64,000 nt of DNA from Candidatus Cloacimonadales bacterium (GCA_963678315.1 OY782781.1:96001-160000); one strand, 5' to 3'; counted from the stretch's first letter, positions 18,614 through 29,456 are shown. The notes: generated by a model from the sequence alone, not told the origin. A program made the numbers and translations.

Positions 18614-18643
18614 CCTTTAATCTTGCCCTGTGAGGCAGAAAGG
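18614..18643 (+). promoter_or_regulatory. PyrR-binding RNA hairpin in the pyrB leader
   Basis: CCTTTAA-tct-TGCC-CTGTGA-GGCA-g-AAAGG fits the PyrR binding loop (CNGNGA hexaloop, CUUUAA lower stem) upstream of a pyr operon. Confidence 0.85.
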
Positions 18644-18744
18644 AGAACACTATGATTATAAAAAAATTATATTCAAACGCCCTCTATAAGAGACAATTAC
18701 AAGATAACTGTTCCCCTTTTTCTATTAAAGATAGGAGTTGATTT

Positions 18745-19683
18745 ATGCAAAACGAGTTCAATTTTGTTAACCGTAACGTTTTTGATTTAGACGACTATAG
18801 TGCAGCTGAGATACTTCATATTCTAGAAAGTACCAAAGCAATGAAAGAAATTAATTCAAGGTCTTATAAGAAAATCCCAACACTTCGAGGAAAAACAGTT
18901 TGTACATTATTCTTTGAAAATAGTACAAGAACTTTAATGTCATTTGAATTGGCAGCTAAAAGATTAAGTGCAGATGTGGTTAGTTTTTCAGCTAATACTT
19001 CTTCTTTAGCAAAAGGAGAAAGTTTACAAGATACAGTTTTAACATTAAATGCTTTGGGTATTGATGCATATATTATCAGACACAGCTATCCTGGCTCACC
19101 ACAAATGGTAAACAAGTATACAGGTAAACCAGTATTAAATGGTGGTGACGGTCGCCATGCACATCCTACACAAGCACTATTAGACATCTTCTCTATCTGG
19201 GAAAAACGTGGTTCATTAGATGGAATGAAAGTTACTATTGTTGGAGATATTGCCCACAGTAGAGTTGTTAGATCAAACCTCATAGGAATGAAAAAACTAG
19301 GAGCAAATGTAACAATCTGTGCACCTAGAACCTTAATGCCAGGTAAAATGGAAGAGATATACGGTTGTAAAGTTGAATACGACTTAAAGACAGCTCTTAC
19401 AGATGCTGATGTTGTGATGGGACTAAGAATGCAGTTAGAACGCCAGAAAGATGGTCTATTCCCAAGTCTTGAAGAATACACAAAATACTACGGTTTGACA
19501 AAAGAAAGTCTATCTTGGGCAAAAAAAGATGCTCTTATTATGCATCCTGGTCCAATGAACAGAGGTATAGAAATCTTACCTGAAATAGCTGATTCAAGCC
19601 AATCTGTGATTTTAGAACAGGTTACTAATGGTGTAGCAGTAAGAATGGCTCTTCTGTTCTTAGTACTCGGTGGAAACTTATAG
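18745..19683 (+). CDS. pyrB: Aspartate carbamoyltransferase catalytic subunit
   Basis: FFENSTRT, HPTQALLD, GDIAHSRV, MHPGPMNRG. Confidence 0.97.
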   Translation: MQNEFNFVNRNVFDLDDYSAAEILHILESTKAMKEINSRSYKKIPTLRGKTVCTLFFENSTRTLMSFELAAKRLSADVVSFSANTSSLAKGESLQDTVLTLNALGIDAYIIRHSYPGSPQMVNKYTGKPVLNGGDGRHAHPTQALLDIFSIWEKRGSLDGMKVTIVGDIAHSRVVRSNLIGMKKLGANVTICAPRTLMPGKMEEIYGCKVEYDLKTALTDADVVMGLRMQLERQKDGLFPSLEEYTKYYGLTKESLSWAKKDALIMHPGPMNRGIEILPEIADSSQSVILEQVTNGVAVRMALLFLVLGGNL

Positions 19684-19689
19684 GAGGAT

Positions 19690-20961
19690 ATGATGAGAAT
19701 ATTAATTAAAAACGGTCAAGTTTATCAAAACAATTCATTTGTAGAAAAGGATATATTAATAGAGAATGGTAAAATTCTCACAGTAGCTGAAAACATTGAA
19801 GACAAAGCAGATAAAACAGTTGATGCTAGCGGAAAACATATTCTTCCTGGCTTTATTGACCTTCATGCTCACTTAAGAGATCCAGGTCAAACTCATAAAG
19901 AAGATATTATAACAGGAACAGCAGCAGCAGCAAAGGGTGGATTTACTACAATTTGTGCAATGCCAAACACTTACCCTATAGTTGATAACATCGCAACTGT
20001 TGAATATATTCAACGTAAAGCTGCTGATTTAGGTAAATGTAAGGTTAAAGTTATCGGAGCAATGACTAAAAATTCTGAAGGAAAAGAAATTGCTGAATAT
20101 GCTATCATGAAAGAAGGTGGAATAGTTGCAGTTTCAGATGATGGTGGTTGTGTACAAAGTGCTAAACTAATGCAAAACTGTCTAAAATATGCTGCAAACT
20201 TTAATTTACCTGTAATTGTTCACGCTGAAGACTATGATTTAGCTAAAGGTGGACAAGTTAATGCGGGTAAGCTATCTAGTCAGTTAGGATTGGGCGGTAT
20301 TCCAGGTCTAGCAGAAGAAATAATCATTTCACGAGATATAATGCTTGCAGAATCAATTGGAGTTCATCTTCATATTGCACATATTTCTACTGCTAAAGGT
20401 ATAGAATTAATCAGACAAGCTAAAGCTAGAGGAGTAAATATTACAACTGAAGTAACTCCTCATCACTTAACAATGAATGAAGATGCAGTTTATGGTTTTG
20501 ACACTAATACGAAAGTTAAACCACCACTAAGAACTGAAAATGATAGATTAGCATGTATTGCTGGAATACTCGATGGAACAATAGACTATATTGCAACCGA
20601 CCATGCTCCTCATTCTGATTACGAAAAAGAAAAGGAATACAACATAGCTCCATTCGGAATAAATGGATTTGAAACTGCCTTTGCTTCACTAAATACATTC
20701 CTTGTAAAAGTAGGGGTTATGACTTTAGAAGTTCTTGTGAAAGCACTTTCTGAAAATCCTGCTTCTTTCTTAAAGTTAAATACTGGTAAATTAGCAGAAG
20801 GTTTTGATGCTGATATTAGCATTGTTGATCTAAACCAAGAAGTTGAAATTAAAAGAGAAAATATGCTATCTAAATCAATCAATACTCCATATATAAACAA
20901 AAAGCTTAATGGCAGTGTTGATATGACAATTTGCAATGGCAATATCACTTGGGAAAGATAA
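19690..20961 (+). CDS. pyrC: Dihydroorotase
   Basis: DLHAHLRDPG, AMPNT, KVKPPLR, ATDHAPH. Confidence 0.95.
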   Translation: MMRILIKNGQVYQNNSFVEKDILIENGKILTVAENIEDKADKTVDASGKHILPGFIDLHAHLRDPGQTHKEDIITGTAAAAKGGFTTICAMPNTYPIVDNIATVEYIQRKAADLGKCKVKVIGAMTKNSEGKEIAEYAIMKEGGIVAVSDDGGCVQSAKLMQNCLKYAANFNLPVIVHAEDYDLAKGGQVNAGKLSSQLGLGGIPGLAEEIIISRDIMLAESIGVHLHIAHISTAKGIELIRQAKARGVNITTEVTPHHLTMNEDAVYGFDTNTKVKPPLRTENDRLACIAGILDGTIDYIATDHAPHSDYEKEKEYNIAPFGINGFETAFASLNTFLVKVGVMTLEVLVKALSENPASFLKLNTGKLAEGFDADISIVDLNQEVEIKRENMLSKSINTPYINKKLNGSVDMTICNGNITWER

Positions 20962-20990
20962 TTCTGAAATAACAATAGATTTTTAACTCT

Positions 20991-21015
20991 GTACGGGCAA
21001 AATATTTGCCCGTAC
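20991..21015. repeat. Perfect REP-like palindrome between pyrC and pyrK
   Basis: gtacgggcaaa-ata-tttgcccgtac (11-bp stem). Confidence 0.8.
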
Positions 21016-21025
21016 TTAACATAAT

Positions 21026-21784
21026 ATGGAAACAATTATGAAATGCAAGCTAATTAGTAAGCAAATTCTTAATAAAGACTACTATATCCTTACTTTTGAG
21101 AATAGTGAAATCGCCAGTAAAATTGAGGCTGGTCAATTCGTAACTGTTAAACTAAACCAAGTAGTTCCAGGTCAACGATTAGGTATTCCTCTCAGTATTT
21201 ATGACTGTTCAGAAAAGACATTCTCATTGTTTGTAAAGATTTTAGGAGAAGGAACTAGAATTCTTGCTGAAGCAGAAGAAAATGAATCATTAGAGATATT
21301 AGGGCCTTTGGGACAGGGCTTCTCTATACAAAAAGATAAAAATGTTCTCTTTGTAACAGGCGGAGTTGGTTATCCCCCACTTTATTTATTGAAAAAGAAC
21401 TTGGAAAACTGTAACGTTACTTGGTTGCACGGGGGTAGAACTTCAACAGATATATTTGAATGTGATTATGCTTATACAGAAGACGGTTCAGAAGGATCAA
21501 AAGGACTTGTTACTCAAGACTTGATAAAAATAATAGAAGAAAACAAGATAGAATATGCTTACAGCTGTGGTCCTAACGGCATGATGAAGGCTGTTTATAA
21601 GATTCTCAAAGAGAAGAATATTCCTTACCAAGTATCACTTGAAGAATACATGGCTTGTGGAATTGGGGTCTGTTATGGCTGTGCAGTAGAAGTTGTTTCA
21701 CCTGATTCAGAGCCTCTCTATAAAAGGGTTTGTAAGGATGGACCTGTATTTAATGCTGAAGAAATCAAATGGGAGTCTATCTAA
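21026..21784 (+). CDS. pyrK: Dihydroorotate dehydrogenase electron transfer subunit
   Basis: GPLGQGF, GGVG, CGPNGMM, MACGIGVCYGC..CKDGPVF. Confidence 0.95.
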   Translation: METIMKCKLISKQILNKDYYILTFENSEIASKIEAGQFVTVKLNQVVPGQRLGIPLSIYDCSEKTFSLFVKILGEGTRILAEAEENESLEILGPLGQGFSIQKDKNVLFVTGGVGYPPLYLLKKNLENCNVTWLHGGRTSTDIFECDYAYTEDGSEGSKGLVTQDLIKIIEENKIEYAYSCGPNGMMKAVYKILKEKNIPYQVSLEEYMACGIGVCYGCAVEVVSPDSEPLYKRVCKDGPVFNAEEIKWESI

Positions 21785-22681
21785 ATGTGCTTAGAAACAA
21801 AACTTGGAAAACTAGTTTGTAAAAACCCTATTACAACTGCATCAGGTACTTTTGGATATGAGATGAAAGATTACTTAGACTTTAATCAACTAGGTGCAAT
21901 GGTAACTAAAACTATCACACTCCATAGGAAAGCTGGAAATCCTTCCCCAAGACTTTATGAAACTGAGTTTGGACTATTGAATTCAATTGGCTTGCAAAAC
22001 CCTGGTCTTGAAACATTTATAAAAGACTACTTACCTAAATATAGAGAATTCTCATCTCCATTAATTGTTAGCTTTTCTGGTTCTACTGAAGAAGAATTCC
22101 TAACAATACTTAGGAGATTAGAAGAAGCAGAAGGAATCTCAGGCTATGAAGTTAATGTTTCATGCCCAAATGTTGAAAATGAAGGAATAGCTTTTGGCGT
22201 TGACGCAGATGTTGTATACAACTTAACCAAAAAATTATCTGCTATAACTGACAAAGAATTAATTGTTAAGTTAACTCCAAACGTTACAGATATAGTTTCA
22301 ATCGCTAAAGCAGCCAAAGAAGGAGGAGCAGACTCTCTTGCCCTAATAAACACCCTTCTTGGTATGGCTATTGACCCTTTCTCTGGAAAGTCAAGAATTG
22401 CAAAAAGAGTATGTGGCTATAGTGGAAAAGCGATAAAGCCTGTAGCCTTGCAAAATGTTTATAGAGTTGCCCAAAGTGTTGATATACCTATTCTTGCAAT
22501 GGGAGGTGCTGAAGATTATAAAGATGTATTAGAATTTTTATATGCTGGTGCCTCAATGGTTGCAATTGGTACGGCAAGCTTCTATAATCCGAATGCATGT
22601 ACCGAAGCAATATTTGACTTACAGAAATATTTTTTAAAAAATAAATTGACTACTTTAGATGTAATTAATAAAATTACTTAA
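21785..22681 (+). CDS. pyrD: Dihydroorotate dehydrogenase B catalytic subunit
   Basis: ASGTFG, NSIGLQNPG, NVSCPNV, VKLTPN. Confidence 0.96.
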   Translation: MCLETKLGKLVCKNPITTASGTFGYEMKDYLDFNQLGAMVTKTITLHRKAGNPSPRLYETEFGLLNSIGLQNPGLETFIKDYLPKYREFSSPLIVSFSGSTEEEFLTILRRLEEAEGISGYEVNVSCPNVENEGIAFGVDADVVYNLTKKLSAITDKELIVKLTPNVTDIVSIAKAAKEGGADSLALINTLLGMAIDPFSGKSRIAKRVCGYSGKAIKPVALQNVYRVAQSVDIPILAMGGAEDYKDVLEFLYAGASMVAIGTASFYNPNACTEAIFDLQKYFLKNKLTTLDVINKIT

Positions 22682-22701
22682 ATATAACTTTTAATAATTT
22701 T

Positions 22702-22762
22702 GACGGGCCCCCGCCTTGTCAGCATCATCTTAAAATAAACTAGGGGGTCCGTTAATTTTTTT
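22702..22762 (+). terminator. Probable terminator after pyrD
   Basis: gacgggccccc...gggggtccgtt stem with a long loop, then a T-tract. Confidence 0.55.
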
Positions 22763-22859
22763 GCCTAAAATACAAGTTTAACCAAACAATTAATTCATTA
22801 GGAATACAAATTGCATTTAATATTTAGATAGTAATAATAATTAATCCGTAGGAGGAAGT

Positions 22860-23897
22860 GTGAAGAGAATATTATTTTTAGTTCTTACAATATCAATATT
22901 AATAGTTGGCTGTGCTAAGGCAAATGATCCAACTGAAACTGAAGAAAACAGTGTTTTAACTGAAGTTACAAGAGTTAGTCTAAACGGTTTTGGAGTTGGG
23001 CTAGATGTTGGAGACGAATATATTGCTGTTGCTGAAGATAATGCAGGAATTTCACTTATTGATAAAGAAACTTACGAAAGATATTGGTATACTCAAATGT
23101 ATACACCAAGTGATGGATCAGTTACTAACTTAGGAAGAAACAGAAGAATCCATCTTCTAGAAGACCAAGATATGTTATTCTTTACTGAAGAGCTTGGAGC
23201 TGATAATATCCGTGTTGCTTCAATAGAAAACCCTGACACACTTGTATTTAAATCTAGTGTTACTGGTGGTACTTTTGCTATAAAACAAATTCAGATAGAT
23301 CCTTATGTTGATCCAAACTCAACAGAATATATCAATTACATAGCTAGAGGTTTCTATTGCAATGCTAATACAATTAATATTCTTGGTTGGGACTCAATTT
23401 CATGGTCACTTCACGGGGCAAGTTCAATTAAGCAATACATCTTCCCTACAGATGTTAACGGTGCTGACATGAATGACGAAATTGTTGCTGCTGCATGTGG
23501 ACAGCGTGGCGTATTTATATCTGATACAGAATCAGGTGATATTTTAGCAGAGATTAACACTCCAGATGAAGCTTATTCTGTAAAGATAGCAGGAGATTAT
23601 CTTTATGTAGCAGATAACAGATCTGGATTTAGAGCATACAACATTTCAGATTTAAGCAATGTTCAAGAATTATTTACTTATAACACAACAGGCTATGCTA
23701 GAACTATCTCTTCTGATGATAACTATGCAGTAGTTTCATCTACTTCAGGGGGAATCTATTTATTTGATATTTCAGATCCAGAAAACATCTCTTATGTAGA
23801 AAAAGTAGATCCAGGATACTGTAATAAAGTTCAAGTTAATGATGGAAAGATATATGTTATAACTAAAGAGGGTGAACTTATTGTTTACGAGTATTAA
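22860..23897 (+). CDS. Lipoprotein with LVIVD-type beta-propeller repeats
   Basis: Lipobox IVGC; repeats YLYVADNRSGFRAYNISD and YAVVSSTSGGIYLFDISDP; GTG start after GGAGG. Confidence 0.8.
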   Translation: MKRILFLVLTISILIVGCAKANDPTETEENSVLTEVTRVSLNGFGVGLDVGDEYIAVAEDNAGISLIDKETYERYWYTQMYTPSDGSVTNLGRNRRIHLLEDQDMLFFTEELGADNIRVASIENPDTLVFKSSVTGGTFAIKQIQIDPYVDPNSTEYINYIARGFYCNANTINILGWDSISWSLHGASSIKQYIFPTDVNGADMNDEIVAAACGQRGVFISDTESGDILAEINTPDEAYSVKIAGDYLYVADNRSGFRAYNISDLSNVQELFTYNTTGYARTISSDDNYAVVSSTSGGIYLFDISDPENISYVEKVDPGYCNKVQVNDGKIYVITKEGELIVYEY

Positions 23898-23908
23898 TTA
23901 AAGAGGAT

Positions 23909-26900
23909 GTGATGAAAAAAAACCTTTTAAGCCTACTGATTTTATTCATTTCGGTGGGTCTTTTTTCTGCTCCAAACATGGAGTATGATGTTAATGAAAG
24001 TTTCAAAGTACTAGACGAGAGTGAAAATGAAATAATCGTAGAATTCAATTTACCTGAATACGATATTTCAGCAATGAATGTTAAGGGGCAGAAATTCACC
24101 CTGATTGATTCAAAGAATCAAACCTACACCACACAAACAGGTTATCCGATGTTACCTAAATATGGAACTGGTATTGCAGTCCCTTATCAAGGTGAAGTAA
24201 AAGCTGAAGTCTTATCACAAGACTTTGATATGCTAAGCATTGGAGAAATCTATCCAAGTCAAGAAGAAGGATTTGTTACTAATCCAGAAAACTTTATCAA
24301 CAAGAACTATGAAGGGTTCTTCCCAGTGAACAATCTTGAATCAAGCGAACCATTTATTGTTCGTGATTTAAGAGTTTCACCTTTAGTGATTAATCCTTTC
24401 CAATATAATGAAGCTAAGAAAGTATTGAAAGTAACAAGATCTGTTAAAGTGAAACTTACTATTGATTCTAATGTTCAAGGCTTCAATGAAATGGAACAAC
24501 CACAAAAATTCTCTTCTGCATTCTTCAATCTATATGAATCTACTATCCTTAATTTCGATAGAGATTCAATGCAAAGAAATGCTCAAGATAATGCTAACAT
24601 ACTAGTTATTCATAAAGAAAGCTCTGATACACAGTTCAATCAAAAGTTAGAGCAATACTTCAAGTTTAAACTTCAAAAAGGCTACAACTTAAAGATAGCT
24701 GATACTGGTGAGATTGGTTCAACATCAGCAACAGGAATTAAAAACTATATAGCTGGACTTTATGATGGTCAAGTGTTCAGACCTGACTATGTCATCCTCC
24801 TTGGTGATGTTTCTGGGACTTTAGGAATTCCTACCCACAATCCAAACTATGCAGATAGTGCTGAGGGTGACTACCCTTACACATTTTTAGCTGGTGATGA
24901 CTTTGCTGGTGATGTATTCATAGGTAGAATGTCTATCGATAACTCTGGTGATTTAGCTCGTTATTACGGAAAGATGCGTTCTTTTGAATTATTAACAAAC
25001 TCATCTAATGATGATTACCTTAGCAGAATGCTACTTGTAGGTGACACAGATCCTTCTGGAGAATCAACAGTAAACAACTGTAAGTTTGTTAAACAAACTG
25101 CATCTAGAATATATCCTGATTACGAATACACAGAAATTTATAATGACAGTCCGAATCCTGCTTTGATGAATCAAGCAATCAATATGGGTGTTGGAATCTA
25201 TGTTTATCGTGGTTATATTGGCATGAGTAGCTGGAATCCAGGTTCTTCTCAGGTTAATATTGATAAACTAAACCATGCAGTTATTAACACATGTGCTACA
25301 GGTAACTTTGCTAGCACTGCGACAACTGAAGCTTACATGAATATGGGTACTGAAGCTGCTCCTAAAGGTGGAGTTACAGCTATAGGAATGGCTACTGCTT
25401 CTACACATACATCATTTAATAATAGTTTAACTGGTGGTATCTTCCATGGTATCATGAATCACCATCAAAGAACCATGGGAGAAGCTCTTCTCACAGGTAA
25501 GCTAACAACTTATATTGTCTATAAAGACTCTGATATGGATGATGTTAAGAAGTTCACTCACTGGTGTAATCTTATTGGCGACCCTACTGTAGATATCTAT
25601 GTTGGTAAAGCAGGTTACTTAGAGGCTGAGAATACTGGTCTTTACAATGATTCTAATCAGTTATCTTTCATTATAAAAGATAGCCAAGGTCGATTAGTTT
25701 CAGATGCAAATGTTTCTTTAACAACAGTAGCTGGCGAAATAGTTAACACTACTTCTAATAATTCAGGTATTGCTACATTTACTTTGAATACAGTAGAAAG
25801 CGTGTATCAACTAACTGCTAACAAGGCAGATTATCACCCATTACAGGAAACAATTAATGTTGATACTGCTTCTCCAATCAGAATCTCTGAAGTTATAATT
25901 GATGATGATGCTGAAGGACAATCAACTGGTAATGGTAATGGAATTCTTGAAGCCGGAGAAGAAGTTGAATTAAACTTCGTAATGGAGAATTTAACTCCTG
26001 ATGTTATGAGCAATGTTGCTATTGATATCTCTTCTATCAACTCTAAAGTAGAGGTATTATCAAATTCAACTACTATAACTGAAATCCAAGGAAATTCTAC
26101 TTCTGGCTTAACTGAAAATCTTGTTATCAGTCTTGGAAGTGATTTAATTGAAGGCGAATTGATTGCCTTCTACCTCAATGCTGGCTTAGGAGATGAAAAC
26201 TATAATTTAATCAAGACTTTCCAAGTAAGCGGAAACAATATTCACTTAATAGATACTGATGTTACACTTACTGGTGTCTCTTTTGAATCTAATGAAACTG
26301 CTACTATTTCAGCAACAATCAAGAATATGCACCCTAATACTGTTACATCTGCTAATGCTTACTTGCAACTTGATAATGGTTACTTTAATGTTGATACTGA
26401 ATCAATTGCTATTGCTGATTTAGCTCAAAACAGCACCCAAACTCTTGATTTTATTATTTCAACAGATATTGATAACATTCCTGGAATGACAGCCAATGCT
26501 AAATTAATCATTGATAATCAAACTAATATATATTTTGAAGATAACTTTGAAGTTACTTTCGGAACTGCTACAGCAGATTCACCAATGGGTCCAGATGCCT
26601 TTGGTTATGTAATCTATGATTCAAATGATACTAACTATGCTCAAGCTCCAACTTATGAATGGATTGAAATATCTTCTTCTCTTGGTGGTAGCGGAGAATT
26701 ATTAGATATTACTGATTCTGAAGCAAGTGGTGAAGGTGATGGCGTTGGCGCTAACTCTACTGAAACAGTAGACCTTCCTTTTATCTTCAAGTATTATGGT
26801 GAAGATTATGATAAAATTACTGTTTGTTCTAACGGTTTTATCTCAATGGGAGAAAACAGTAATGGTGAGTTCAGAAACTATAGACTTCCTGGTGCTCTTG

Positions 26901-29341
26901 GACCAAATGGCATGATTGCTGCTTTCTGGGATGATATGCATATTGGCTCAAATTCTGGTATTTATACATACTATGATTCAGTTGAAGATGTCTTCATTAT
27001 AGAATGGGATAGAATGGTTAATGGTAACATCAGTCACAACGATGAAGAAACTTTCCAAATCATTCTTTACAACCCACAAAGATATGCAACAGCAATGAAT
27101 CAAGCACCAATTAAGATACAATATAAAGTATTTAACAATGTTGATAATGGTAACCCTGGTTCATATACCCCTTGGCATGGAAACTACGCTACTGTAGGTA
27201 TTGAGTCTCCTGATGGTTCAGATGGACTTGAATATACATATAACAATGTATATGCTCTATCTGCATCAACTATCACAAATGAATTTGCTCTCTATATTAC
27301 TACTAAAGAAATGGAATTAGTTCAACCTGCCCTACTTCTACAAGATACAAATATTATTGACCAAAACAATAATGGTGTTTTAGAAGCTGGTGAAAGTGTT
27401 GATATTTCTTTAGGTATCATTAATAGAGCTGTAATAGCTTTAGAAGATGTTACTGCTTCTATTACATGTAACAACCCAAATGTTAATATTGTAAATGGAT
27501 CTTCTGTTTATAACAATTTAGTACAGAATGAACTTCACTACAACCATGCATTTTTCAGTATTGAACTTAGCGAAGATGTTGAAGTTGGTGATGTTGTTAA
27601 CTTAGATGTTTTAGTTGAAGGTAATGATAACTTTAGAACACATTTTGAAGTTGTCCTTGAAGTTCAAGGTTCAGATTTCATTATCAATGACATTTATATA
27701 AATGACTATTCAGAAACAGGTAATTGTAACAATATTCCTGAAGCTGGTGAAACAATCAACCTAGTTGTTGAATTTACTAATACATCTTCAATTGATGCTT
27801 CTATCGATGATTTTGTTATTCTTTCAAATGACCCTGATTTAGTCATTGAAGATATGTTACTAGCTGATAAGAGAGTAGCTGCTCATAAAACTAGACAGTA
27901 TATAATTCCTGCTCAAATATCTGCTACAGCGGCAGCAAACCAAGCTTTTACTGTTGATATAAGCTTGGATACTGCAACAGGATCTATTCAAGAAGAATAT
28001 GAATTCATTCTTAATCAATCAGGTTTTGAGTACGATTTTGAAAGTGATAATGAAATGGAACTTAATGGTGCATGGTCAGTTGGTATTTCTAATCAATATG
28101 GCTCACATAGTGCCCAACATATATTAGCTGTTTCTCACAGCGGAGACTACCAAAATCACTTAGATGATATTGCTTGGACTGAAGAAATTTCTGTTAATGG
28201 TTCAACAATGTTATCTTTCTGGCATAGATATGACTTTGAGAGTAATTATGATGGCGGTCAATTAGTTGTTAAAGTTGTAGGTAATAATACTTACCAAGCA
28301 ATTACTCCTCAAGGTGGCTACAACAATCCAAGTGTTTCAGCTCTTGGGGGTCCTGGTTACTCAGGTTCATCATCTAGTTCATGGACTCAAGTTGATGTTG
28401 ATTTAGCTTCTCAATATGAAGGACAAACTGTTAAACTTGGTTTCAGAGCTGCATCTGACTTCACAGTTACCGCAAATGGCTGGTTCATCGATGATATTGC
28501 TATTACCGGAACAACCATAGATTCTTATCTTGTTGAAGGAAATATCACACTTGTTGCTGGTGAAAATTCCGTTAATAACGTATATGTTGAAACTGAAGAC
28601 TATATGACATATCCTGATGTTGATGGAAACTTTAAATTAGTTCTTCCTTACGGAGAATATGATGTTACTAATTCATTAGCTGGATATTCAACAAAAGTTT
28701 CTACAGTTTCTGAACTTACAAGTAATACCCTTCAATCAATTACAGAAGAATTAACTTATTTAGAAAAAGCTGATAACCTCACTAAAGAAGAAAACAACGA
28801 ACTAATCACATTATCTTGGGATTATACAGATGATATTGATGATGTTCTTACTAACTTCCAAATTCTAAGAAAGTACTATACTGGAGATTGGGAAGTTAAA
28901 GGCACTACAGAAAATACAACTTATGTAGATACTATTCTTGTTAATGGTGATTATCAATATAAAGTTGTGGCTGTTTATGGACAAGATATGTCTCATGATT
29001 CAAATATCATAGCATTCACTTTTGAGAATGGTGTTGATAATGAGAATGATATTCATCCTGTAATAGTTAATTCACTAAGCAAGAACTACCCTAATCCATT
29101 CAACCCTGAAACTACTATCAACTTCTCAATTAATGAGCCTGGTAAAGTCGAGCTAAATGTCTATAATATTAAAGGACAGTTAGTAAAAACTCTAGTTAAT
29201 GACTTCAGATCTAGTGGTTCTCATAGTGTTGTATGGCATGGTAAAAATAACAATAATAAGTCAGTTGCTTCAGGAGTCTATTTCTATAGAATCAAAACTG
29301 ACAACTACACAAAAACACATAAAGCTATCCTTATGAAATAG
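23909..29341 (+). CDS. Peptidase C25 (gingipain-like) with propeptide, Ig-like domains and FlgD-Ig/T9SS-type C-terminal sorting domain
   Basis: Propeptide (GYPMLP, VRDLRV); PDYVILLGD, DVFIGRM, NLIGDP; C-terminus NYPNPFNPETTINF..VYNIKGQLVKTL..SGVYFYRI. Confidence 0.9.
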   Translation: MMKKNLLSLLILFISVGLFSAPNMEYDVNESFKVLDESENEIIVEFNLPEYDISAMNVKGQKFTLIDSKNQTYTTQTGYPMLPKYGTGIAVPYQGEVKAEVLSQDFDMLSIGEIYPSQEEGFVTNPENFINKNYEGFFPVNNLESSEPFIVRDLRVSPLVINPFQYNEAKKVLKVTRSVKVKLTIDSNVQGFNEMEQPQKFSSAFFNLYESTILNFDRDSMQRNAQDNANILVIHKESSDTQFNQKLEQYFKFKLQKGYNLKIADTGEIGSTSATGIKNYIAGLYDGQVFRPDYVILLGDVSGTLGIPTHNPNYADSAEGDYPYTFLAGDDFAGDVFIGRMSIDNSGDLARYYGKMRSFELLTNSSNDDYLSRMLLVGDTDPSGESTVNNCKFVKQTASRIYPDYEYTEIYNDSPNPALMNQAINMGVGIYVYRGYIGMSSWNPGSSQVNIDKLNHAVINTCATGNFASTATTEAYMNMGTEAAPKGGVTAIGMATASTHTSFNNSLTGGIFHGIMNHHQRTMGEALLTGKLTTYIVYKDSDMDDVKKFTHWCNLIGDPTVDIYVGKAGYLEAENTGLYNDSNQLSFIIKDSQGRLVSDANVSLTTVAGEIVNTTSNNSGIATFTLNTVESVYQLTANKADYHPLQETINVDTASPIRISEVIIDDDAEGQSTGNGNGILEAGEEVELNFVMENLTPDVMSNVAIDISSINSKVEVLSNSTTITEIQGNSTSGLTENLVISLGSDLIEGELIAFYLNAGLGDENYNLIKTFQVSGNNIHLIDTDVTLTGVSFESNETATISATIKNMHPNTVTSANAYLQLDNGYFNVDTESIAIADLAQNSTQTLDFIISTDIDNIPGMTANAKLIIDNQTNIYFEDNFEVTFGTATADSPMGPDAFGYVIYDSNDTNYAQAPTYEWIEISSSLGGSGELLDITDSEASGEGDGVGANSTETVDLPFIFKYYGEDYDKITVCSNGFISMGENSNGEFRNYRLPGALGPNGMIAAFWDDMHIGSNSGIYTYYDSVEDVFIIEWDRMVNGNISHNDEETFQIILYNPQRYATAMNQAPIKIQYKVFNNVDNGNPGSYTPWHGNYATVGIESPDGSDGLEYTYNNVYALSASTITNEFALYITTKEMELVQPALLLQDTNIIDQNNNGVLEAGESVDISLGIINRAVIALEDVTASITCNNPNVNIVNGSSVYNNLVQNELHYNHAFFSIELSEDVEVGDVVNLDVLVEGNDNFRTHFEVVLEVQGSDFIINDIYINDYSETGNCNNIPEAGETINLVVEFTNTSSIDASIDDFVILSNDPDLVIEDMLLADKRVAAHKTRQYIIPAQISATAAANQAFTVDISLDTATGSIQEEYEFILNQSGFEYDFESDNEMELNGAWSVGISNQYGSHSAQHILAVSHSGDYQNHLDDIAWTEEISVNGSTMLSFWHRYDFESNYDGGQLVVKVVGNNTYQAITPQGGYNNPSVSALGGPGYSGSSSSSWTQVDVDLASQYEGQTVKLGFRAASDFTVTANGWFIDDIAITGTTIDSYLVEGNITLVAGENSVNNVYVETEDYMTYPDVDGNFKLVLPYGEYDVTNSLAGYSTKVSTVSELTSNTLQSITEELTYLEKADNLTKEENNELITLSWDYTDDIDDVLTNFQILRKYYTGDWEVKGTTENTTYVDTILVNGDYQYKVVAVYGQDMSHDSNIIAFTFENGVDNENDIHPVIVNSLSKNYPNPFNPETTINFSINEPGKVELNVYNIKGQLVKTLVNDFRSSGSHSVVWHGKNNNNKSVASGVYFYRIKTDNYTKTHKAILMK

Positions 29342-29371
29342 GATACTTATAAATCATATAAGAAATTGCTC

Positions 29372-29400
29372 AAGGCTGACCTAGTGTCAGCCTTTTTTTA
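29372..29400 (+). terminator. Rho-independent terminator
   Basis: aaggctgac-ctagt-gtcagcctt plus T-tract. Confidence 0.85.
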
Positions 29401-29456
29401 TTTATCAAAAATCCAACTGGGAACGCCGTGCTACTAACCTCCATACTAAATATCTT

